A model generated the notes under the pieces. The model did no database searches, was not told where the DNA came from, and saw only the letters and a list, made by a program, of their open reading frames with translations. This document shows positions 23,601 through 35,600 of a stretch of DNA of 64,000 nucleotides, in pieces. Positions within the stretch are counted from its first letter, which is position 1; each line of letters opens with the position of its first letter. This DNA comes from Hypanus sabinus (lineage: Eukaryota). The position numbers and the translations under genes are program-made. Location of the stretch: assembly GCF_030144855.1 (NCBI RefSeq), contig NC_082730.1, forward strand, positions 15,624,001 through 15,688,000, given 5' to 3'.

Positions 23601-26600
23601 CCAAATCCACAGACGAACTATCACTGAAAGTGACCTGTCACAGGGATATCGCCTTCAAGTGATTACCACACAACATACCCAGGCAAGGGTTAACACATGA
23701 GTGATTCCACAGGATATCCCAAAATCCACTCCTATGGATTATACGAGGTCACAGCCATGCATTCGATGTGCGCTGGATCAATAATCAACCCGTCCTTGTG
23801 GGTATAGGAGAGTTCCAGCCCCCAGCTGCGACAAGCTGAAGCCACTGGCTTTTCAGTTTCACTCTCTCTCGCTCTCTTTCTGCTGCTACTGAAGATCGTT
23901 CTCTCTCCCTCTGTATAAAAGCCTGAAGCAAACCATTTCAGTCTATGACTGACATCATAGTCCCGCCTCACTTAGGTACTCTCTTAAAGTGACAGTCCAC
24001 AGCAAACGAAACCTATGGCTTCATAACAAAGGGTATACTGGCTTTGGAGACTGTGCAGAAGAGCTTCACCAGGTTCATACAAGAGGTGAGGAGGTTAGAC
24101 TATTGAGGAGAGATTGAGTCACCTGGGACTACTGGCTAGAATTCAGAAAAATGAGAGGAGATATTATAGAAACATATAAAATGATGTAAGGGATGAATAA
24201 GATAAAGGCAGGAAAGTTGTTTCCACTGGTAGGTGAGATTGGAACTCGGGGACATAGCCTCAAGATTCGGGGGAATTGATTTAGGACGGAGATGAGGAGA
24301 ATGGTAAACTGTAGAAGCCTCTACCCAATGAAGCAGTGGAGGCTTCCTCAATGAATATATTTAAGACAAGCTTGGATAGATTTTTGCATAGTAGAGGAAT
24401 GAAGGGTTGGGGGGAAAGACAGGTAGGTGGAGATGATTCCATGGTCAGATCAGCCATAATCTTATTGAATGGCGGAGCAGGCTTGACGGGCCAGGTAGCC
24501 TACTGCTGCTCCTGTTTCTTATGTTCTTATGTGCTTACGAATGTTTGGAGCATTAGATGTCCTGGGGAGTGACAATGTGCTGATCCCAGGGTTAAGCTTG
24601 TTGAATGGAGAAATGCCCATTTCATGGATGCGTCTGAAGAACAGCAATTTCCCCCTCCTCCACAGCAGTGTCAGCCCACGTCACAAGATCTTTGTCGACT
24701 ATGTCCTTCCCTAAAGATCTCTGCATTAATCTCAGTGCCAAATGTTTCTCTCTCTACACTGAACCCTGTCATAAATTCATTTTCTCCTGAAGTCATCTAA
24801 CCTCTGACAGATAGCTCACAAGTTGCTGCTTTTAAACACTCAAACATCACTTAATTAGATACCTCCTGTACAGAATAAAGTAACCAATGGATGCATGTTT
24901 GTTCTCTTCTGCTGCTGTAGCCCATCCACTTCAAGGTTCAAAATATTGTGCATTTAGAGATGCCCTCATGCAGACCCCTGTTGTAACACGTGTTTATCTT
25001 GAACAGCTTTGTTGTGACACATGATTATCTAAATTCCTGTCACTGTTCCATCAGCTTGAACCAGTCTGGCCACTCTCTTCTGACCTCTTTCATCAGCAAG
25101 GGTTTTTTTGTTCATAGAATTGCTGCTCACTGTATGTTACTTTTTGTTTTTCACACTATTCTTTCCCAAGTCTAAAGACAGTGGGTATGAAAATCCCATG
25201 ATATCTGCAGTTTTTGAGACTGCAAAGTACCCCATCTGGCACCAACAATCATTCCATGGGTATGTTATGGTCTGGTCCGTGAAGCCCGCGTTCTGGTTCA
25301 GAGTCCGGTCCGTGGATTCCGGACTCCGGGTATTCTGGCTGTCTGTTTTTTCAGTTGGACTTAATCACAGGCACCTGATTCTCATACTGGGGCTGGAATG
25401 AAAGTGGCCCTGGGGTTGAGTGTGGTTGCTGGTTTGCTTTGTTGGTATCCTGTCCTTGCTCTGTGGGGTAAGTCAGGCTCTTCTTGCTGCTACCCTATGG
25501 GGGGGTCTGTCCCTTCCTGTCCTTGCCTCTGTTGGGTAAGCCAGGCTGTCTTTGCTGTTGCCCTGAGGCTGGACTGTTCCCTTCCTTCCCTCTGAAGCCT
25601 GGCCTGCAGCCCTGCTGGCAACCTCGCCTGCATCCTTGCCTGTATTGACGTCAAGTTCAGCCGCCGGAGTGAGACCGGAGCCTTGCCACGCCACAGAAGG
25701 AACTATCTACCTTTGAGATTGGGACTGTCTCTTTGTGTCCCTGTGTCTAGTGTCTGTGTATGAGTCCCAGCCCTATGTCCTGTTCCCAAGGAGGGGTCCT
25801 AACTCTGCACAAAGCCACGGTCCTATGTCCTGTCCCCAAGGAAAGGTACTGGCTCTGTGTTCTGTGTTCCAGTCCAAGGCTCTGTGGAGGTTCAAGTTCA
25901 TGTCCAAGTTGTAGCCTAGGCCCTGAGTCCCGGTCTAGTCCAGCTCTAGGGTCCGTGTCCAGCTTCGCCTCTCCCGGCTTCTGCGTTCCTGCTCTCCCTC
26001 GACCTAGGCTCTGCATCCCTGCTCTCCCTCGACCTAGGCTCTGCGTTCCTGCTCTCCCTCAACCAAGACCAAGTCTGAGCTTCATGTCCTCGTCCAGCCC
26101 TGGAGTCCCACATCCTGCCCCCACTTCCAGTCCTGTTGCCTTGCCACGTCCAGTGCTCACCTGGATCAGGAGTCCAAGCCCAAGTCAAAAGATAGGTTCT
26201 GGGTCCCTGTCCAGGTTCCTAGTTCCCTATTCCTAGTTCCTCGTTTCTTCCTCAGTTCCCTTGCTTTCTTGATTCACCTTGTCCTCTCCCTAGTACTTCA
26301 GTGTCTGTGTCTTGCATTTGGGTCTGTTCCCAACGCCCACCTTATGAAAGAGTAAAGCTACTTTAATCACATTTCTTCCTCATTCTGATGTTTGGCCTGA
26401 ACAACAAGTCAACCTCTTGACCTTGTCTGCATCCTTATATGGACTGTGTTTCAGCCACGCAATTAGCTAATTAGATATTTGTATTAATGAGCAGGTGAGC
26501 AGGTGTACTTAAAACTGTAGCAAAAGAGTGTTTTATTTACAGATGTTTATTCAGAGTCTGAATATTTCATTGTTTCCCACAGAACCCGTGTCTGTTCCTG

Positions 26601-29600
26601 TGCTTCGATATCAGTCACCAGCAAATGTCTCACGTCTTGGGGGCTCTGTGTCAGTTTCCTGTGAGTCCCTCCAGGGATCCCTTCCCATTCAGTACACGTG
26701 GTATGAAAAAACCTCATCTGGGCATCCAAAGATCTCAGATACCAATGAACTGGCTCTACATTGTCAATCCTCTAAACAGCAGCACCATCAATATTACTGC
26801 AAAGCTTCGAATCAGCTTGGAGCAAGATCCAGTGTAACGGTCAATGTGACAGTTTTCAACCACGGAGAGATCTGCAGCTATGTGACAGAAATCAATGGCA
26901 CCAGTAAGTTGTCCCTTCACGGGAGGAAACATTTAAATATTTCTTCTTGTTCTGTTGTTACTGCTGCTCTTGACCTTCTAGTTAGGGTAAGGAATATCTT
27001 TATATTTCTAGAAGCTACACATTGCATCCACCATGAGGGTAGAAATAAAGTTTAGAGAACAGTTAAGTCTGGCTCTTCGTCCAGGAAAACATAGAGCATC
27101 TCAAACATAGTTGGACTTGCACATCCTGAAAAATTAGCAGCATTCCATTAATACATCTAGCTTCTGCATTAAAGATGCTAGGGTAAGTGTTGAGTTCTGT
27201 GACAGTGACACTGTCATTAAAACAAAAGGAAGGGCACATAGTATAGGAAATGTTAGTGAGATGTTAAAGAACTGGGAAACTTTTAAAAGGCATCAAAAGG
27301 CAATGAGAAAAGTTACAAGGAGAGAAAAGATGAAATTTGAAGGAAAACTAGCCAGTGATATAAAAAAGGATACCAAACACTTTCCGATATAAAAGTGTAA
27401 AAGGGAAGTCAGAGTGGAAATCAGACCACTGGATAATAAAGCTGGAGAGATAGTAATAAGAGACAAACAAATGGCAGACAAACCTAGTCAGTAATTTGCT
27501 TCAGTCGTTACTGAGGAAGGAACAAGTGGTATGAAAGAAATGTGAGAATGTCAGGGGAGCAGAATTGAGTGTGGTTTCTATTGCTAAGGAGAAGGTGCTT
27601 GGGAGCTGAGAGCTCTGAAGGTGTATTAGTCACCTGGACCAGGTGGACTACTCCCCAGGGTTCTGAACGAGGCAGCCGAAGAGATTGTGCTGGCATCAGT
27701 AGTGATGTTTCAAAAATCACTAGATTCTAGAAAGTTCTAGAAAACTGGAACATTGGGAATGTCACTCCACTCTTTAAGAAGGAGGGGAAGCAAAAGAAAG
27801 GAAATCATACACCAGTTAGACTGACTTCAGTGTTTAGGAAAATGTTTAGGTTTTGGGGTACTTGGAGACTTATGAGAAAATATGGTTTCTTGAAGGGGAA
27901 ATCTTACCTGTAAAAGATGATGGAATTCTTTGAGGAAATAACAGGCAGAATAGACAAAGGAGAATCAGTCGATGTTGTTTACTTGGATTTTTGGAAGGCA
28001 TTTGACAAAGTGTCACAGATCAGGCTGCTAAACATTATACAGAACCCATGATACCACAGGAAAGATACTCATGTGCATTGAGGATGAGCTGACTGGCAGG
28101 AGGCAAAGAGTGGGAATAAAGGGGGCGTTCCTGTTTTCTATTAGTGACTCATGGTGTTCTGCAGGAGTCGGTCTTTTTGAATGCTTTCTGTGCTCTCTCT
28201 AATTTTCCCTTCCTTGGGAACTGCACAGAGCAATTGAGGTGAGGACTAGTCAGTGTTCTTTATAGCTGTGACATGCCATCCCAACTGTACTTATTGCCTA
28301 ATCAGTTGAAGCCAAGCACAGCATCTGCTTTGTTCACCACTTTGTCCACCTCTGTTGCCACTTTCAGAAAACAATTTAGCTGCACACCTAGTTCTCTGCT
28401 GTCCTTGTTCAATTTCCCAAAATGCATCACTTCACGCTGATCGAGTTCAATTCCGTCAGTCATTAATTTCGTTGGCCACTTTCCCAGTTCAAAGTAAATT
28501 TATTATCGAAGTATCTATACCACAAACAATCTAGAGAGTCATCTTCTTGCAGACACCCACAAAACAAAGTAATGCAATAGAATCCATGACAAGCCACTCA
28601 CAATAAAGGCCGGCAAACATCAAACATGAAAAAAAAGATGAATCATGCAAATAGTAAAAATATGTAAACAATTAATACATAGCCCATGAATCGCAGAGCT
28701 CCTGAAAGTGAGCCCACAGCTTCAGAGTCAGTTCTGCGCTGAGGTCAATAAAGCTGGTCCAGGGGCCGGTCATGTGGGACCCAACACTCCTCCACCTCCT
28801 GCCCAATGGTAGGAGCAAGAAGAAAAAGAGACCAGTCAAATTCAGGCAGACGGGGTGGGAACAGGTGCAGGGAATCTTGCTGACAGGGAGAAAAGAAGCT
28901 GAACACTTAATCATTTTCCAAATCCAGCTCTAAAATTCAACAACTCTTTTCACTGTCCACTACATTACTGTTACATCCACAAATTATTAATCCTGACACC
29001 TACAATATCATTACAAGTTATCAATATAGATGACAAGTAACTGGATAATAAATAAGAAGACTGATCCCAACAGCAATCAACTGGTGAAGAAGTTTAATAT
29101 TGCCAAAAACAAACAACTCCAGTACCAATCTGACTAGTTCCACCAGGCCTATTCAGTATCCATCCAGCTAGCTTACCATATGATCTCACATTACAGATCA
29201 GTCTACAATGAGAGACCTCGTCAAAAGCCTTCCTAAACTCCTTACGCTCACCAGTCCCTTTGGTCAGCCTTCCAAAAAAAACTCGGTCAATTTTATTTGA
29301 GAGAGATTCTCTCATGCACGTAATCATGTAGACTATCCCAAATCAGATCATGTCTTTACAAATTCAGGTAGATCCTGTCTCACACAATTGCCTCAAATAA
29401 GTTACACTCCCACTGATCTTATCCTCATCTGCCTGGATTGGGACTGATTCAGAAATGTGGAAACACACGGAGACATTAGTGGGCAGTGACAACGATGACT
29501 CCAATCAAATAACTTGTGAAGAGCTGTGAGCACGTGATGAGGGACGATGCTGTTGTCTTCTCGGTTTCCCTGGAATTCAATTATACCCATAGACAGTGTG

Positions 29601-32600
29601 GGCAGATTCCTCAGAACACAGAAACAGCTTTAAATAAAGCATCGTTATTCATTATTATTGCATTCTTTTTCATTTCCGTTTTTCTGGATTGGATCCAGAG
29701 TAATTTTTTTTCTTCTTCTCCTTTACACTCAGGTACTGGAAATGACACAAAACAATTTTTATTCTGCTTGTGTAAATTTGATTTAACCAGTCCATTTTGT
29801 GAAGAATTTCTCCCTCAGTTTCAGGTGCTTTATGGGCAGAAGATAAAGTAAGAGGAGTTGTGGGAAGAGTGAGCACAATCGATTGTCACTATGCACCAAT
29901 GTACCGTTCACACACAAAGTATTTGTGCCACATCTGGGATCACCAATGCACATTGTTAGTGAATACAACTGGACAAAGTGAACAGTATGGAAGAATGACA
30001 ATCAGAGATAACACATCCCAGGGAATCTTTACTGTTACTATGGAGAATCTTGTCTCTCAAGATACAGGACATTACAGATGTGGAATTGAAACATCTGGAA
30101 ATCATCCAGTGTTTGACGTGGATCTACACGTGTCTGACGGTAGGTTTCTCATTCATTAACTTGGTGTCTCCACCAAATTGTCTGATTCAGGTTTTCTCTG
30201 GGAATGGTTAGGGAAGCACCGATATCCTGAGGCTCTGTGGTGGTACGGAATCCCACAGGGAGCGGGTGAGGGTTGGGAAACCCCACTCATATAGCTCTCA
30301 ACCACTGACTGCATACTGATTTCCAGTAGGAAGCTTGGCACATGTTCCTGCCTCTGAACTATATGACATGTCACACCCTCAAAAATTTACATTCAGACTA
30401 AATCTAATAATCTGATAATAACAGGTCAATGAGAAGCAAGTGTTACTCATGATCTAACTACCTCAAAAATCATAAAAAGGCAATCAAATCCAGATTAAAA
30501 CAGCCAGTGTTCACTCCTCCCAGGGCAGGGTATCCCACTTCCCATCCCTGCTTCAAGGATCAGTCACCCCCTCTCCTACCACGTGTTCTTTCTCTCTGTC
30601 CCCCTCAAAGTGCTCCAGTAATCCCCCTCTCAGCACCCATTGACCATCCACTTCCTGGCAGCCAGACTCTCCATCTGACCTATTGCTGCGGGAAATGGAG
30701 CAATGAAAAGAGATGGATAAGATAGAGGCAGGAAAGTTGATTCCACTGGTAGGTGAGACTAGAATTAGGGAACATCGCCTCAAGAATCAGCGGAGTAGAT
30801 TTGGAGTGAAGTTGAGGAGGAACTGCTTTTCCCAGAGAGTGGTGAATCTGTGGAATTCTCTGCTCAATGAAGCAGTGGAGGCTTCCTCAGTAAATATATT
30901 TAAGGCAAGGTTGGAATGATTATTGCATAGTAGGGAAATTAAGGGTTATGGGAAAAGGGAAGATAGGTGGAGATGAGTCCGTGGTCAGATCAGACATAAA
31001 CTTATTGAACTGTGGAGCAGACTCATTGGGTCAGATAGCCAAGACAGTTGGTATTTCTGATGTTGTTATGTTTTTATGAATGGTCAGAGAATCAGATGTC
31101 CTGGGGAGTGACAATGTGCTGATCCCAGGGTTAAACTGGTTGAATGGAGAAAAGCAATCTCCTCCTCCTCCTGCTCCTCTGCACTCTCATCCTCTGCAAT
31201 CTCAGCAGAGTTACAAGATCTTTGTCCACACCACGTCCATCCCTAAAGATTTCTGCATTAATTTCAGTGCTAAATGTTTCTCTCTCCACACTAAACCTTG
31301 TCACAAATTCATTTTATCCTGAAGCCATCTAACATCTGATGGATATCTCACAAGTTGCTGCTTTTAAGCACACAGCCATCACTTTATTAGATACGTCATG
31401 TATGGAATAATGTAACCAATGGATGCATGTATGTTGTCTTCTGCTGCTGTAGCACATCCACTTCAAAGTTCACTGTACTGTGCATTTAGAGATGCTCTTA
31501 TGCAGACTATTGTTGTAACATGTGGTTATCTTGAACAGCTTTGTTGTGACCCATGATTAACTGAATTCCTGTCTCAATTCTGTCAGCTTGCACTGGTCTG
31601 GCCTTTCTCCTCTAACCCCTCTCATCAGCAAATGTTTTTCTACTCATAGAATCGCTGCTCACTGGATGTTACTTTTTATTTTTCACACCGTCCTTTCCCA
31701 AGTCTAGAGACAGTGGGTGTGAAAATTCCCGGAGATCTGTAGTTACTGAGATACTTAAACTACCTCATCTGGCACCAACAATCATTCCATGGGCAAAGTT
31801 ACTTTGATCACATTTCTTCCTCATTCTGATGTTTGACCTGAACAACAACTGAACCTCTCGACCATGTCTGCATCTTTATATGGACTGTGTTTCTGCCACA
31901 CGATTAGCTAATTAGATATTTGTATTAACGAGCAGGTGAGCAGGTGTACTTAATAATGTAGCAAAAGAGTGTTTTATTTATAGATGTTTATTCAGAGTCT
32001 GAATATTTAATTATTTCCCACAGAACCTGTGTCTGTTCCTGTGCTTCGATATCTGTCATCAGCAAATGTCTCCCGTATCGGGGGCTCAATGAGAGTTTCC
32101 TGTGAGACCTACCAGGGATCCCTTCCCATTCAGTACACGTGGTATGAAAAAACCTCATCTAAGCATACAAAGATCTCAGATACCAATGAACTGGCTCTAC
32201 ATTGTCAATCCTTCAACCAGCAGCACCATCAATATTACTGCAAAGCCTCGAATCGGCTTGGAGCAAGATCCAGTGGAATGGTTAATGTGACAGTTTTCAA
32301 CAATGGAGAGATCTGCAGCTATGTGACAGAAATCAATGGCACCAGTGAGTTCTCCTTTCAAGGGAGGATAGATTTAAATATTTCTTCTTGTTCTGCTGTT
32401 ACTGCTACTCTTATACTTCTAGTTAGGGTAAGGAATAACTTTACATTTCTAGAAGCTACACATTGCACCCACCATGGGGAAGAATTAAAGTGCAGAGAAC
32501 AGTTAGTCTGGCACTTTGTCCAGGAAAACGTGGAGCATCTCTTACATCGTTGGATTTGCACATCCAGAAAAACTGGGAGCATCCCATTAATACATCTAGC

Positions 32601-35600
32601 TTCTGCATTGAAGATGCTAGAGTAGGTGTTGAGTTGTGGGACAGTGACACTGTCATGAAAACAAAAAGAAGGGCATATCGTATAGGAAATGTTAGTGAGA
32701 TGTTAAAGAACTGGGGAACTTTTAAAAGGCATCAAAAGGCAATGAGAAAAGTCACAAGGAGAGAAAAGATGAAATTTGAAGGAAAACTAACCAATGATAT
32801 CAAAAAGGATACCAAACATTGTCCGATATAAAAGTGTAAAAGGGAGAGTGGTAGCTATGTAGAACGAGCTTCCAGTTGAAGTGGTAGAAGCAGGTTCGAT
32901 ATTGTCATTTAAAGTAAAATTGGATAGGTATATGTACAGGAAAGGAATGGAGGGTTATGGGCGGAGTGCAGGTAGGTGGTACTAGATGAGAGTAAGCGTT
33001 CAGCATGGACTAGAAGGGCCGAGGTGGCCTGTTTCCGTGCTGAAGTTGTTATATGGTTATAAGTCAGAGTGGATATCAGACAACTGGATAATGAAGCTGG
33101 AGAGATATTAATAAGAGACGAAGAAATGGCGGACAAACCTAGTCAGTAATTTGCTTCGGTCGTTACTGAGCAAGGAACAAGTAGTATGAAAGAAATCTGA
33201 GAACGTTAGGGGAGCAGAAGTGAGTGTGGTTGCTACTGGTAGGAAGAAGGTGCTTGGAAGCTGAGAGATCTGAAGGTATATAAGTCACCTGGACCAGGTG
33301 GACTACTCCCCAGGGTTCTGAAAGAGGCAGCCGAAGAGATTGTGCTGGCATCAGTAGTGATGTTTCAAGAATCACTAGATTCTAGAAAGTTCCAGAGAAC
33401 TGGAACATTGGGAATGTCAGTTCAGTCTTTAAGAAGAAGGGGAGGCAAAAGAAAGGAAATTATAGACCAATTAGACTGACTTCAGTGTTTAGGAAAATGT
33501 TCAGGTTTCGGGGTACCTGGAGGCATATGATAAAATATGGTTTCCTTAAAGGGAAATCTTACGTGAAAAAAATGTTGGAATTCTTTGAGGACGTAACAGG
33601 AAGAATAGACAAAGGTGAATCTTGGATTATTGGATTTTTGAAAGGTCTTTGACAAGGTGTCACACATCAGGCTGCTAAACATGATAAGAACCCATGATAC
33701 CACAGGAAAAATATCCGTGGGCATTGAGGATTAGCTGACTGGCAGAAGGCAAAGAGTGGGAATAAAGGGGGTGTTTCTGTTTTCAATCACTGTCTCAAGG
33801 TGTTCTGCAGGAGTCAGTCTTTGTGAAAGTTTTCTGTGCTCTCTCTAATTTAATCGCGCCCTTCCTCTGGAACTGCACAGAGCAATTGAGTTGGGGTCTA
33901 GTCAGTGTTCTTTATAGCTATGACATGTCATCCCAACTGTACTCATTGCCTCATCCATTGAAGGCAAGCATGGCATCTGCCTTGTTCATCACGTTGTCCA
34001 CCTGTGTTGCCACTTCCAGAAAACTATTTAGTTGCGCATCTCATTCCCTACTGTCCTTATTTAATTCCCCAAAATGCATCAGTTCACACTGCTTGAGTTC
34101 AATTCCATCAGCCATTCATTTCATTGGCCACTTTCCCAGTTCAAAGTTCAAAGGAAATTTATTATCAAAGTATGTATACCACAAACAATCCAGAGATTCA
34201 TCTTCTAGCAGACAGCGGCAAAACAAAGTAACACAATAGAATCCACGACAAGCCACTCACAATAAAGGCTGATAAATATCAAATGTGTAAATGAAGATGA
34301 ATCATGCAAATACTAAAAATATGTAAACAATTAATACATAGACCATGAATCGCAGAGTTCTTGAAAGTGAGTCCACAGCTTCAGAGTCAGTTCTGCGCTG
34401 AGGTCAATGAATCTGGTCCAGGAGCCAGTCGTGTGGGACCCAAGACTCCTCCACCTCCTGCCCAATGGTAGGAGCAAGAACAAAAGGAGACTGGTCAAAT
34501 TCAGGCAGATGGGGTGGGAACAGATGCAGGGAATCTTGCTGACAGTGAAATAGTGCTGAACACTTGTTCATTTTCAAGATCCAGTTGAAAAATTCAACAA
34601 CTCTTTCCACTGTCCACTATGTGACTGTGACGTCCACAAATTATTAATCATGACACCTACAATATCATTACAAGTTATCAATATAGATGACAAGTAACTG
34701 GATAATAAATAAGAATACTGCTCCCAACAGCAATCAACTGGTGAAGAAGTCTAATATCGCCAAAAAGAAACACGCCACTACCAATCTGACTAGTTCCACC
34801 AGGCCTATTCAGTAATCCAGCTAGTTTACCATGTGATCTCACATTACAGATCAGTCTACAATGCGAGACCTTCTCAAGGCCTTGCTAAACTCCGCACCCT
34901 CATCGGTCCCTTTGGTCAGTCAATTTTATTTGAGAGAGATTCATGCACAAAATCATGCAGACTATCCCAAATCAGATAATGTCTTTACAAATTCAGGTCG
35001 ATCCTGTCCCACACAATTGACTCCAGTGAGTTACCCCCACTGACCTTCATGGATTGGGACTAATTCAGAAATGTGGAACCACACTGAGACATTAGTAGGC
35101 AGTGACAACAATGATGTCAGTCAAATAATTTGTGAAGAGCTGTGAGCACGTGATGAGGGACGATGCGGTTGTCTTCTCAGTTTCCCTGGAATTCAATTAT
35201 ACCCATAGACAGTGTGGGCAGATTCCTCAGAATACAGTAACAGCTTTAAAGAAAGCATCCTTATTCATTGTAATTGTGTTCTTTATCATTTCCATTTTTT
35301 TAGTGCTGCATTGGATCCAGAGTAATTTTTTTTTCTTCTCCTTCACACTCAGGTACTGGAAATGACACAAAACAATTTTTAATCTGCTTGTGTAAATTTG
35401 ATTTAACCAGTCCATTTTGTGAAGAATTTCTCCCTCAGTTTCAGGTGCTTTACGGGCTGAAGATAAAGTAAGAGGAGTTGTGGGAAGAGCAATCACAATC
35501 GATTGTCACTATGCAACAATCTACCGTTCACACACAAAATACTTGTGCCGCATCTGGGATCACCAATGCACATCGTTAGTGAATACAAATGGGCAAAATG

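Noticed and set aside
25981-26070. Short direct-repeat array resembling CRISPR
   Set aside because: Head-to-tail 30-bp units without unique spacers, eukaryotic context and no cas genes.
25760-26236. 158-aa Pro-rich ORF with PALPRPRLC repeats
   Set aside because: Lies entirely inside an LTR-like insertion and is open because of tandem repeats; no gene context.
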